Positions 47,489 to 56,957 are shown, numbered from the stretch's first letter. The stretch is DNA of 64,000 nt from Patescibacteria group bacterium (GCA_028866135.1 JAGWIS010000001.1:13357-77356), one strand, 5' to 3'. Numbers and translations are program-made. Notes: generated by a model from the letters alone, not told the origin.

Positions 47489-47881
47489 ATGAACAAGAAT
47501 CCCATCCTTATAGGAATCGTCTCGCTCCTCATCGGCATCGGCATCGGGTACGGCGGCGCAAATGCGCTTCATCCGGCGACCCCCGCGCCAAACGCTCGCG
47601 GAACCTTCGCGGGCGGCATGCGCGGCGGCGCGGGCGGTTTCCTTTCCGGCACGGTCGCGGCGAAAGATTCCGAGAGCATCACCCTCGATACGCGCGACGG
47701 CAGCTCGCACGTCGTCTTGCTCACCCCGGCCACCAGCGTCTTGAAGAGCGTGAGCGGAACCGAGAACGATATCTCGATCGGCTCGACTGTCATCGTCTCC
47801 GGCACGACTAACGGCGACGGCAGCGTATCGGCAAATCTGATCCAGCTGCGCCCTGCGACCCCTCCGGCCCCGGGGCAATAG
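47489..47881 (+). CDS. Membrane-anchored protein with DUF5666-like domain
   Basis: TM segment, Gly-rich linker, GTVAAKD...GSTVIVSGTTNGDGSVSA. Confidence 0.7.
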   Translation: MNKNPILIGIVSLLIGIGIGYGGANALHPATPAPNARGTFAGGMRGGAGGFLSGTVAAKDSESITLDTRDGSSHVVLLTPATSVLKSVSGTENDISIGSTVIVSGTTNGDGSVSANLIQLRPATPPAPGQ

Positions 47882-47888
47882 CGCTCCC

Positions 47889-47929
47889 CCGATAGCAAAG
47901 CGCGGCGAGACGCCGCGCTTTGCTATCGG
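47889..47929. terminator. Bidirectional terminator hairpin between convergent genes
   Basis: CCGATAGCAAAGCGCGGCG-AGA-CGCCGCGCTTTGCTATCGG, 19 bp stem. Confidence 0.7.
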
Positions 47930-48327
47930 TCTTCCTTGGGACGGTTCGTGCCCCCGTCCTCGCGCGAGCGCACCGCGTCCTCGTCCATGCCGAAGTAATG
48001 CGCGTACTCGTGCCAAATAGTCTCGGCGACGATCGTCCGCATCTCTTCCAGACTTCCATTTGCCGCTTCCTCTATCGGCAGTTGAAATAGCGTGATGGTA
48101 TCGGGGAGCGTCGGTCCGACGCCGTAGGAGTCCCCGCGAGCGGTGGCTGGGATGCCTTGGTAGAGCCCAAGAAGCGTCTCATCCTCTGAAAGTCCTTCCT
48201 TCTGCCTCACTTCCTCTGATGGCTCGTCCTCGACGAGAAGCGCGACGTTGCGTATCCGCTCCCGAAATTTCTCCGGAATGAGGAGGAATCCTTCGTGCAC
48301 CAGCTTCTCGAATGCTTCGCGTTCCAT
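47923..48327 (-). CDS. Zincin-like minimal metallopeptidase
   Basis: LLGLYQGIP, PDTITLF, HEYAHYFG. Confidence 0.88.
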   Translation of the reverse strand: MEREAFEKLVHEGFLLIPEKFRERIRNVALLVEDEPSEEVRQKEGLSEDETLLGLYQGIPATARGDSYGVGPTLPDTITLFQLPIEEAANGSLEEMRTIVAETIWHEYAHYFGMDEDAVRSREDGGTNRPKEDR

Positions 48328-48373
48328 AGGTATGGAAAGTCTAGCAGCTTTCTTCTCCGCAGCGGCGCAAGCG

Positions 48374-48847
48374 CTACGCCTCGGCCCCCTCGTCTTTGAT
48401 ACGCTTGAGCGCGGTGGCGAATGCGGAAAATTCCTTCTTCGAGAGCGGAGAGAACATCCCGCCCAAAAGCCGCAGGGCGCGCGCGGCGGCCGTCCTGAGC
48501 TCAGTCTTCCCTTTTGCGGTCAGCACGAGCCGCGAGGTGCGGCGATCCTGCCGACCCGTGAAGCCCCTCACGAGCCCGCTCCGTATGAGTCCGCCGATAA
48601 GCGCGGTCGCCGAGGGCGCGGTGATGGAGAGATAGTCCGCGACGTCTTTCATCCTGGGCTCGTTCTGGTCCGCGATGAACTTCAGCGTTTCAATCCGCAG
48701 CCACGTCGACGGATCGAGCTTCTTCCCTTTCGCGAATCGCACGCGCATGATCCGGCGCACCGAAGAGAAGAGCGACAAAGCGAGCGCGACGTCGCCCGGA
48801 GCATGAGTGTGTTTTGGAGAGGAGTATTTTTTCATAAGCTCTGTCAT
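48374..48847 (-). CDS. MarR-family regulator
   Basis: DVADYLSITAPSAT, DRRTSRLVLTAKG. Confidence 0.88.
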   Translation of the reverse strand: MTELMKKYSSPKHTHAPGDVALALSLFSSVRRIMRVRFAKGKKLDPSTWLRIETLKFIADQNEPRMKDVADYLSITAPSATALIGGLIRSGLVRGFTGRQDRRTSRLVLTAKGKTELRTAAARALRLLGGMFSPLSKKEFSAFATALKRIKDEGAEA

Positions 48848-50370
48848 CCGCCTGCTGCCGCTTCGGCGAGCGCTTCCGGCGGGAGCGCCTCCTTGCTCTC
48901 GGTTGTCCGCAGGAGAAAGAGCGCCGTCAGAGCGCCGACAATCATGGAAAAAGCCGCGTACCCGAAGATCGTTCCGTAGGAAAGAAGCTCGGCCTTCATG
49001 ATGATGAGCTGTGCAGCTTCGGAAAGTATCGTCGGCGCGCTCCCGAGGATGTGCGAATTCTGCGCGACCATGAGCACGTTTGCATTCGTGAGGCTGGTGA
49101 GGATCGTGCCGAAGATGGCGATGCCGAAAGCTCCGCCGATGTTGCGGGTGAGGTTCAGAAGGCCGGAGGACATGCCCACTTCGTGAAGCGGCACGGCCGT
49201 CGTGGCGGCATTGGTGAGGGGCGCCATGCCGAGCCCGAGCCCGACGCCGAAGAGGGCGAGGGGCAGGATGAAGTCCGCGGCGGTCATGGTCGGATCCAGA
49301 TGGATGAGCTGGTACAGCCCGAGCGCGCTCACGAGCATGCCGAGCGAAACCGTGTACCGCGGGTGGATAGCGCTTGAGAGCCGGGCGCCGATCGGCGCGG
49401 AGACGAGAAGCGCGACCGCGAGCGGTATGAAGATGTACCCGCTTTGCGTCGCCGTGTAGTGGAGGAACGCCTGCGTGAATACCGGCAGGAGGAACATCGC
49501 ACCCATCATTCCTCCGAAGGAAATGAAGGAGACAACGAGTACCGAGACGATGGTCGGATTGCTGAAAAGCTTAAAGTCTATGATGGGATGCGCGTGGCGC
49601 GTCTCCCACGCATACACGAGCGCGCCAAACAAAACGGTGCCGGCGTAGCAGAGCAGGCTCGAAAGAGAGAGCCAGCCCCAGTCTTGCCCGCGATCGACCA
49701 CGAGCACCAGGCTCGAGATGGCTCCGGAAAGGAGCACTGCCCCGAACCAGTCGAATGCGCCGCGCTCTTCCGGCCGGTCATGCGGAAGGAAGAGAAGCGT
49801 CATGGCGAGGCCGGCGATCCCGATCGGCAGATTGATGAAGAAGACCCAGCGCCACGAAAAATTATCGACGAGATACCCGCCAAGCAGCGGGCCGATGACG
49901 GCGGAGACCGCGAAAGAGGACGACCAGATGCCGAGGGCCAGGGCGCGCGCCTTCGTGTCGACAAACGATTTCGCGATGAGCGACATGGCCGTCGGGTAGA
50001 CGGCCGCGCCGACCAATCCCTGGATCAGGCGGAAAAAGAGGAGCGAGGCGAAATTCCAGGAAAGGCCCGCGAGGACGGAAACGGCGATGAATCCGATGAA
50101 GCTCCAGAGGTAGATGATGCGGTCGCCGAAGAGGTCGCCGAGCTTGCCGAACACCGGCACGAAAATGGCGTTGCTGATGATGTAGGCGGTCGCGATCCAC
50201 GCGGCGGTCGCGACCGTGATGCCGAAATCGCTCATGATGTTCGGCACGGCGAGATTCACGACCGTGCGGTCGAGGCCGATGAGGAGCGTGCCCACCATCA
50301 CGGTCGAGAGAACGAGCCACGGATGCCCGGCGAGCCGGTGAGTTTTTTCGCGTTCAACGATACCCGCCAT
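48844..50370 (-). CDS. DHA2 (EmrB-like) MFS efflux pump
   Basis: LDRTVVNLA, GKLGDLFG, WRWVFFINLPIG. Confidence 0.92.
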   Translation of the reverse strand: MAGIVEREKTHRLAGHPWLVLSTVMVGTLLIGLDRTVVNLAVPNIMSDFGITVATAAWIATAYIISNAIFVPVFGKLGDLFGDRIIYLWSFIGFIAVSVLAGLSWNFASLLFFRLIQGLVGAAVYPTAMSLIAKSFVDTKARALALGIWSSSFAVSAVIGPLLGGYLVDNFSWRWVFFINLPIGIAGLAMTLLFLPHDRPEERGAFDWFGAVLLSGAISSLVLVVDRGQDWGWLSLSSLLCYAGTVLFGALVYAWETRHAHPIIDFKLFSNPTIVSVLVVSFISFGGMMGAMFLLPVFTQAFLHYTATQSGYIFIPLAVALLVSAPIGARLSSAIHPRYTVSLGMLVSALGLYQLIHLDPTMTAADFILPLALFGVGLGLGMAPLTNAATTAVPLHEVGMSSGLLNLTRNIGGAFGIAIFGTILTSLTNANVLMVAQNSHILGSAPTILSEAAQLIIMKAELLSYGTIFGYAAFSMIVGALTALFLLRTTESKEALPPEALAEAAAGG

Positions 50371-50376
50371 ACGCGG

Positions 50377-51036
50377 CTATCTCGTGTAGATCCACATCCG
50401 GGCGGACATACCGTTTCGGAGCTCCGGGTACGCGCTCGTATCGAAGCGCGCCTTCACGTCGAACTGCTGGGTCTGGCGCTGATCGGAAATGTTGAAGACG
50501 ATGCCGGACTGGTTCGAGGTCGGCGCGATCTCGTCGATGACGCCGGAGAATGTCCTGCTGCCGAACGCGTCGACCGTAAAGGTGATGGGGTCGCCGATGC
50601 GTATCTGCGCAAGGCCTTTCGTCTCGTCGATCCTCCCTACGACGCGCAGCTGCGTCGGATCGATCATTTCCACGATTGTCTGGCCCGGCGCGACCTGCGC
50701 CCCGATGGTGTCATTGGCCTGCACGATGAGCCCGGGAGCTTTCGTCTTCAGCACTTCCGTCCCGACGAGCGCGACGGGAGCATTCGCGGGAAGCCGGTCC
50801 CCTTCGTTTACATAGACCGCATTCAAGCGCCCGGGAGCCGTCGAGGAGAGATTGATGAGCGGAGCCGAGACGGAAGCGGTGTCGATGGCGACTTGCCCGC
50901 TTGAAAGGATGAGATACGAAGCGACTCCCGCAGCGGCGAGGATGAGGATCGCTCCGCCGCCGAAGATCATGAGGCGACGGCGCAGATCCTTCAAGAGTTC
51001 CGGAGCGGTTTCCGTGTTGTTCGTGTTCATACTCAT
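50377..51036 (-). CDS. EmrA/HlyD-like adaptor, short form with little or no coiled coil
   Basis: TM anchor, VNEGD, DETKG..IRIGD, LRNGMSA. Confidence 0.8.
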   Translation of the reverse strand: MSMNTNNTETAPELLKDLRRRLMIFGGGAILILAAAGVASYLILSSGQVAIDTASVSAPLINLSSTAPGRLNAVYVNEGDRLPANAPVALVGTEVLKTKAPGLIVQANDTIGAQVAPGQTIVEMIDPTQLRVVGRIDETKGLAQIRIGDPITFTVDAFGSRTFSGVIDEIAPTSNQSGIVFNISDQRQTQQFDVKARFDTSAYPELRNGMSARMWIYTR

Positions 51037-52544
51037 ATAGAGAGCACTTCGTCTCCGGCGGAGAGGCCGCTTATGACCTCGGTCATGCCGGCGGCGCTCT
51101 CGATGCCGGTGGTGATAGGCGTTCGCAGCGTGCCGGAGGGCGTTTTCACGTAGACGAATTTCTGATTCCCGTCGGTGATGATGGCGCTCGTCGGTACGAG
51201 AAGCGTAGACGGTTTCGTCGCCGTGATGATGCGGAGGTTCGCGGGAAGCCCGGGCAGCAGACGCGGATCGTTCTCGAGGAACGTAACGGTGACGCCGTAG
51301 GAAGCGATTCCCCCGCCTGTCGACGCGGCCGGATTGACCGTCGTCACGGCCGCCGCGAAAGTCACGCCCGGGTACGCGGCGAAGGTCGCTTCGACGGTAT
51401 CGTTTATTTTCACTTTCGCGATATCGGCTTCCGAAATCTGCGCATCGGCCTGGTATTTCCCGTCCGCGATCATCGAGACGAGGGGCACGCCGGGGACGAC
51501 CGTTTCGCCGAGGTTCGCGTTCTGGGCGGTAATGGTTCCCGCGACGGGGGCGGCGATGACCGTCTGCTCCGCCGCCGCTTCTGCGGCAGCGACCGATGCT
51601 TGTGCGGCATCAACAGCAGCTTTCTGCGCCGCAATGTCGTTTGCGGTCGCTCCTGCCTGCGCGAGCGTGAGCGCGCCAGTCGCGGCTTTGTATGCCGTGT
51701 CGGCCGACGTGAGTCCGGAGAGGGCCGTAAGCACGTTGAGGCGCCCGGTGTTCACGCTCGTCTGGTAGCCGGCGAGGGTGGTTGCAGAAATTGAACTCGG
51801 CTGCGCCTCCGCGAGCGCCACCGTGAGATCATCGAGAAACGCGGTTACGGTTTTCAGATTCGCTTCGGAAGACACGACGGCCTGTTCCGGATTGTCGGCG
51901 GTAGAAGCGAGCGCCGCATTCCAGGTAGAGAACATTGATTCGAGCACGATGCGCTCGGCCTGAATTTGGTTGACCATTCTCGCGTCGGGCACGAGGATGG
52001 CCAGCTGCGGATTCGAGCTTTTTGGATTGGCGAACGCCTGGTCGGCCTTCGCGTGCACGGCATCGTCGGCATTCGTATACGCGGTCGCGAGCGCGGTTGC
52101 GAGGGCATTTTGCGCTTGCGCGACGGCTGTCTGGTCTATCGCGAGCTGCTCGGGACGCGTGCCGGCGGTGAGCGCGGCGAGCTTCGCCTGCTCTGCTTCG
52201 AGATCCGCCTTTGCGAGCGCCACGGCGGCGCTCTGGCTCGAGCCATCGAGCGCGACGAGCGTCTGCCCCACGCTCACGTGATCGCCCACGCTCACCCGTA
52301 TCAGGGCGACGCGTCCGGAGGTCTGGAATGCGAGGTCCGTGCTGTGCGCGGCCTTCACCGTGCCGGAGACGTCCACCTCTTCGGTAATCGGTCCGTTTTC
52401 GACGGCCGCATACTTACCCGCCGGGGAGACCGAGATGGTGTGCCACGCAAGCCCGACGGCGCCAGCGCCGATGAGGAGCGCGCCGCCGAGCGCGACCGCG
52501 GGTTTCGAAATGAAGTGCAGGAAAGGCAGGAATCGTTCGCGCAT
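51033..52544 (-). CDS. RND/HlyD-type membrane fusion protein
   Basis: LAFQTSGRV, APVAGTI, SEADIAKV, LVPTSAI. Confidence 0.85.
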   Translation of the reverse strand: MRERFLPFLHFISKPAVALGGALLIGAGAVGLAWHTISVSPAGKYAAVENGPITEEVDVSGTVKAAHSTDLAFQTSGRVALIRVSVGDHVSVGQTLVALDGSSQSAAVALAKADLEAEQAKLAALTAGTRPEQLAIDQTAVAQAQNALATALATAYTNADDAVHAKADQAFANPKSSNPQLAILVPDARMVNQIQAERIVLESMFSTWNAALASTADNPEQAVVSSEANLKTVTAFLDDLTVALAEAQPSSISATTLAGYQTSVNTGRLNVLTALSGLTSADTAYKAATGALTLAQAGATANDIAAQKAAVDAAQASVAAAEAAAEQTVIAAPVAGTITAQNANLGETVVPGVPLVSMIADGKYQADAQISEADIAKVKINDTVEATFAAYPGVTFAAAVTTVNPAASTGGGIASYGVTVTFLENDPRLLPGLPANLRIITATKPSTLLVPTSAIITDGNQKFVYVKTPSGTLRTPITTGIESAAGMTEVISGLSAGDEVLSI

Positions 52545-52616
52545 GAGGATTGCTAATTACTTAGGTACTCGAAGTATATCAGGAGACCGCGCATCGGCAA
52601 CCCCCCGCGGCTTTCT

Positions 52617-54986
52617 TCAGGCAGTTCCGCCCGCCCGAACGGGACTCCGTCCGGCTTCCGCGCTCGCCCGTACCGACTTCATCCCCTCGCCCACCTGCAT
52701 CCAGAAGAACGCCCAGACCCAGACGAACGCCGCGAGCGGGAGAGGAATGGCCGCGACGAACAGGCCGGAGACCGCGAGTGCGGTCGCCGCGAGCTGGGTG
52801 AGCGATGTCGCCCAGATGACGCTTCGCGCGGGCAGGAACCTCCACCAGCGTTCTTTGGTGTGCGCGACGTAGATCAGCATGTGGCCCGAGACCGTGAGCT
52901 TCAAGAAGAAGGCGGTCTGGATGAGCGCGAGCGGCAGACGGACGACACTGGCGAGCAGGAAGTAGAGACAGAGGCTGTTTGCGACGCCGACGAGCCCGAA
53001 GAGCGTGCCGAGGACGAAGCGGTCGCGGGGCGCGAGATCCGCCGGACGGTCGGCGCGCTTCACCCGGTCGAACGCGAGCGAGATGATGGGGATGTCGTTC
53101 AGGAACGCGAGCAGTATGATCTGCACCGGCGTGAGCGGGAACCCTTTGATGATGAGGCCGAGCACGAGCGCGGTCACGATGAGCCGGAAGCTCTCGGAGA
53201 TGCGGTAGACGGAATAATTGTAGAGCCGGAAGAATATCTTTCGGGCTTCGATGAGCGCGGTTTGCATGACGCCGATGCCGGAATCCAGGAGCACGATGTC
53301 CGCCGTCCCCTTCAGGGCATCGACCGCGTTTGCGACCGCGATGCCGACATCGGCTTTGCGCACGGCGGGAAGGTCGTTCACGCCGTCGCCGGTCGCGGCG
53401 ACCACGTACCGCTCCTGCGCCCGGACGACGAGCGCAAGCTTATCCTCCGGCAAGACTTCGGCGAAGGCGGCGGTCGTGGTGAAGACGTCGGCGGAGAGAT
53501 GCGCGAGGTCGATATCCTTCGTCCGCATGATCCGGCCCGCGAGACCGAGCGCGGCGGCGACATGCGCGGCCGTCTCCTTCGTGTCTCCCGTGACCATGAC
53601 GGCGCTCACTCCCTCGTTCTTGAGGAAACGGAGCGTCTCTTCCGCGTCGGCGCGGAGCGGATCGGCAAGCACGAGCATGCCGATGAAGGTCATGTCGCGT
53701 TCGTCCCCGATACCGAGAGGGTCCTTCTTGAAGGCGACAGCGATGGCGCGCGAGCCGTCTTTCGCGGCGTCCTCCGTATCGCGGCGCACCGACTCGGCGA
53801 GCCCGTCGAGCGGAGCGCATATGCTCTCGATAACGGGCGGCATGCCGATGGATACCAGATAGCGGACACCGTCGCGTTCGAGCAGGGCCGTGGTGCGCTT
53901 GCGCGTCGAATCCGCGGGAATCGTCTCGAGTATGCGATGCGGCGAGACACCCGGCGTTCCCGCAGCGACGATCGCGTAATCGATGGCGGTGCCGCCCGGC
54001 TCCGCGGCCAGCGAAGCGTAGGCGCGGACATCGTCTTCAGAAAAAGGCGCGTACGCATGGACGCGCTCGACGAATATCTTGTTTTCGGTCAGCGTGCCGG
54101 TCTTGTCGGTAAGGAGGAGCGTGACGTTCGCCAGATCCTCGAGCGCGGAGAGGCGCCGTACCAGCGCTTTCTTCGCGGCGACGGCAAGCGCCCCGATCGA
54201 AATGATGAGCGTCATCACGGTGGGAAGCGACACGGGTATGCCCGCGACGAGGAGCGAGAGATCGAGAATGACGATGCCGGCAAGCGGCTGTCCGTCGAGG
54301 ATGAAAACAGCGGTGAGAACAGCCACGGCGATCAGGCTCGCGATGATGAGGTACCGCGAGATGGCCAGGATGTCGCGCTCCATGCTCGATGCGCGCCTCC
54401 CCTCATTTCCGGAGGCAGCGATTTTGCCGAAGAAGGCATTGTTTCCGGTCGCGGTAACCGTCCCGGTGAAGTTGCCGGACACGACCACCGAGCCGGAATA
54501 CGCCGTATCGCCGATTTTTTTCTCTTTCGGCAACGATTCGCCGGTCAATACCGCCTCGTTGATTTCAAGATTCACCGTCCGGTCGATGCGCGCATCGGCG
54601 GCAACCAGCGCTCCGACGCCGCATTCGATAACGTCTCCCGGCACGAGTTCTCGCGACGGCACGCTCCGCCACGTCCCGTCGCGCATGACCTTCGCTTCGA
54701 CGGAAAGCTGCGAACGCAACATCTCGAGCGCATTGTCGGCCTTCCTCGCGTGCCAGAGCGTCATTCCCACGTTGAGCGCGAGGAGCGCGAGTATGAAAAA
54801 TCCGTCGAATCGCTGCCCGATGTAGAACGAGAGCGCCGATGCGACGACGAGCATGAGCGACGCCGGGGAGGCGAGCGCCTCGAGGAGCTTTCCGAACCCG
54901 CCCGGCCGCTTTTCGCGGATCTCGTTTGGGCCGTACCGCGCCAGCAATCGCGCGGCGGCGGCGGCCGTCAATCCTTGAGGATCCAT
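52617..54986 (-). CDS. P3A-type (plasma-membrane-like) H+-transporting P-type ATPase
   Basis: GPNEI, TGESLP, GIPVSLPTV, DKTGTLT, DPLR, GDGVND, YSVYRI, LAFLND. Confidence 0.85.
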   Translation of the reverse strand: MDPQGLTAAAAARLLARYGPNEIREKRPGGFGKLLEALASPASLMLVVASALSFYIGQRFDGFFILALLALNVGMTLWHARKADNALEMLRSQLSVEAKVMRDGTWRSVPSRELVPGDVIECGVGALVAADARIDRTVNLEINEAVLTGESLPKEKKIGDTAYSGSVVVSGNFTGTVTATGNNAFFGKIAASGNEGRRASSMERDILAISRYLIIASLIAVAVLTAVFILDGQPLAGIVILDLSLLVAGIPVSLPTVMTLIISIGALAVAAKKALVRRLSALEDLANVTLLLTDKTGTLTENKIFVERVHAYAPFSEDDVRAYASLAAEPGGTAIDYAIVAAGTPGVSPHRILETIPADSTRKRTTALLERDGVRYLVSIGMPPVIESICAPLDGLAESVRRDTEDAAKDGSRAIAVAFKKDPLGIGDERDMTFIGMLVLADPLRADAEETLRFLKNEGVSAVMVTGDTKETAAHVAAALGLAGRIMRTKDIDLAHLSADVFTTTAAFAEVLPEDKLALVVRAQERYVVAATGDGVNDLPAVRKADVGIAVANAVDALKGTADIVLLDSGIGVMQTALIEARKIFFRLYNYSVYRISESFRLIVTALVLGLIIKGFPLTPVQIILLAFLNDIPIISLAFDRVKRADRPADLAPRDRFVLGTLFGLVGVANSLCLYFLLASVVRLPLALIQTAFFLKLTVSGHMLIYVAHTKERWWRFLPARSVIWATSLTQLAATALAVSGLFVAAIPLPLAAFVWVWAFFWMQVGEGMKSVRASAEAGRSPVRAGGTA

Positions 54987-55046
54987 GCTTCCACAGTACA
55001 CCTGCGACCCTTATTTTTCAGCACGCCTATGCGATAGTGTAGGGTA

Positions 55047-55394
55047 ATGATCCGGATCAAGCGCGCGTACGAAAAAGCGGAGAGGGCCGACGGCACCCGC
55101 ATCCTGGTGGATCGCCTGTGGCCGCGCGGCGTCTCGAAAGCAACTATAAAGATTGATGGGTGGGAAAAAGAAATCGCGCCATCGACGGCCCTGCGGAAAT
55201 GGTTCGGGCACGACCCGAAGCGTTGGAGCGAATTCAAGAAGCGCTATAAAGCAGAGCTGCGGACGCACAAAGCCGAGCTCGCGGCGCTCAAGGCGCGGGA
55301 GCGAGGCAAGGCTCTCACGCTCGTCTACGGCGCCAAGGATCCGAAACACAATCATGCGCTCGTGCTCAAGGAAACACTGGAACACCTGGCATGA
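55047..55394 (+). CDS. DUF488 (YeaO-like) protein
   Basis: IKRAYE, RILVDRLWPRGVSK, APSTALRKWFGHDP, HNHALVL. Confidence 0.92.
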   Translation: MIRIKRAYEKAERADGTRILVDRLWPRGVSKATIKIDGWEKEIAPSTALRKWFGHDPKRWSEFKKRYKAELRTHKAELAALKARERGKALTLVYGAKDPKHNHALVLKETLEHLA

Positions 55395-55424
55395 GGAGCG
55401 GAGAACGTAAGATTTCCGCGAATC

Positions 55425-56216
55425 TTAGAACGGAATTAGGTAACTTGTCGTAGAGGTCGACTCTGATGAAAGAGTGACGGGAAATTTTTGATAGCCGTAA
55501 GATTGTCCTTGATTGAGATCGTTTCCATATTGCCAGACGTTGCCTTCGCTGATTTGGTAACTCTTTTGTCCTTTCCCGCTGAAATTAATTATTCGTGGCG
55601 TGTTTCCCAGAGTTAAATTATATGGGTATTCGTTTCCACAAGCATCTCTCACGTCCACCGTTGCATAAATGATTCCATTGAGATTGGTTGCGCCGATCTT
55701 AATCGGGATTGGCCCCGTTGTACCTATGTCGGAACATAGCAGGCTCCCATTTTGTAGTATCCCTCTGCTTATACAGGAATCACTGAGAGAAATCGTTGGA
55801 ATGGGTGTCATATCGCACGATTGAAAATCACTCGTACTTTTTAGCGGGGAAGCCTCCGTTATTTGTTGGTTTGTCTGCGTAATCGATACTGGAGTTACTT
55901 GTTCAACAGTTTGGTGGTTGGTTTGTGGCGGCATCTGCACTGCTGACGTATCGGCAGTAAACGAGGTCAGGAGATTGACGAAGGAGCTCGCGGATACGCT
56001 AGGAGCAGCCTGGACGACGCCGATAAGACTTTCGGCTTGAGCAACTGTGATATTAGAGAAAGCCGTGATGAGGTTGGTGAACACACTGGCAGGAGTGCCC
56101 GGCGACGACTGCACGACATTTATAAGACTTTCTGCCTGTGCTTGTGTAAGCGGCGCAGCAAAGGAAATGGACGGGGCAAGGAGGAGTAGGGCGGAGATAA
56201 ATGCCATCTTTCTCAT
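55425..56216 (-). CDS. Secreted hypothetical protein with two 33-aa tandem repeats
   Basis: Signal peptide MRKMAFIS..; LTQAQAESLINVVQ / ITVAQAESLIGVVQ repeat. Confidence 0.7.
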   Translation of the reverse strand: MRKMAFISALLLLAPSISFAAPLTQAQAESLINVVQSSPGTPASVFTNLITAFSNITVAQAESLIGVVQAAPSVSASSFVNLLTSFTADTSAVQMPPQTNHQTVEQVTPVSITQTNQQITEASPLKSTSDFQSCDMTPIPTISLSDSCISRGILQNGSLLCSDIGTTGPIPIKIGATNLNGIIYATVDVRDACGNEYPYNLTLGNTPRIINFSGKGQKSYQISEGNVWQYGNDLNQGQSYGYQKFPVTLSSESTSTTSYLIPF

Positions 56217-56254
56217 GACTACCATAATAGCAAAGTCCGGTAAATTCGAATAAT

Positions 56255-56284
56255 GCAAAAGCCGCTCTCTTGAGCGGCTTTTGC
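56255..56284. terminator. Intrinsic terminator hairpin
   Basis: GCAAAAGCCGCTC-TCTT-GAGCGGCTTTTGC. Confidence 0.75.
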
Positions 56285-56474
56285 CTAAGTGATGCTTGAC
56301 GGTGCTGTGCTGACCCCGATGGAGGCCGGTACTGGTTCCTGGCGTCACAACCGTGTTGGGGGGCCAGAATTTGCACTCCCCCACTTTCGTCGCATAGATA
56401 CTAACTCGAATGTAATTCTATACCACGAATAACTCTTGGAATCGCACCATTCCCTTCAATAGAGGGGCGCCGAC

Positions 56475-56504
56475 TTGCAAATGCAATAGTATTGCGTTTA
56501 TAAT
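56475..56504 (+). promoter_or_regulatory. Sigma70 promoter overlapped by a Zur/Fur-type operator; probably leaderless
   Basis: TTGCAA-18-TATAAT; palindrome AAATGCAATA-G-TATTGCGTTT (56479-56499); ATG 6 nt after the -10. Confidence 0.7.
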
Positions 56505-56510
56505 ATCCTC

Positions 56511-56942
56511 ATGCCAAGAAGTAACACGGAAAAATATGCGGACATGCTCCGCAAACAAGGGCTCAAGGTGACACCCCAGCGACTTGAGCTCATTTCTCTA
56601 CTCACCCGACTCAAAGAGCCGATGAGCGCGCATGAGATCAAAGCGAAGTGGAAGCAGGGTGATATAGACACCGTGACGCTCTACCGAGCGCTCGATGCTC
56701 TCGTCGATGCGGGAATCGTGCAAAGAGTTGACCTGCAACATGGGCACACGGACTACGAGCTCCTAGTCCCAGGGGAACACCATCACCATCTCGTGTGTAC
56801 GGATTGTGGCACGATCGAGGACTTTGTCGGTTGCCCGGGAAAGAATATGGAGAAACTGGCTCTCAAGAGCAGTTCCCAGTTCGTATCGCTTCGCGAACAT
56901 TCCCTTGAGTTCTTCGGTACGTGCAAAACATGCGCAGTATAA
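56511..56942 (+). CDS. Fur-family regulator, probably Zur
   Basis: GLKVTPQR, TLYRAL, HHHHLVCTDCG, GTCKTC; next to a ZIP gene. Confidence 0.9.
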   Translation: MPRSNTEKYADMLRKQGLKVTPQRLELISLLTRLKEPMSAHEIKAKWKQGDIDTVTLYRALDALVDAGIVQRVDLQHGHTDYELLVPGEHHHHLVCTDCGTIEDFVGCPGKNMEKLALKSSSQFVSLREHSLEFFGTCKTCAV

Positions 56943-56957
56943 ATTAATTGAAACACT

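Noticed and set aside
56217-56384. N-terminal extension of the 55425-56384 ORF
   Set aside because: Runs through a terminator and the tRNA-like fragment; the signal peptide starts at 56216.
56285-56400. SRP RNA, 6S RNA or yybP-ykoY/ZTP riboswitch
   Set aside because: No SRP helix-8 CAGG-GRAA-AGCAG and no convincing riboswitch consensus; the downstream gene has its own -10 after the terminator.
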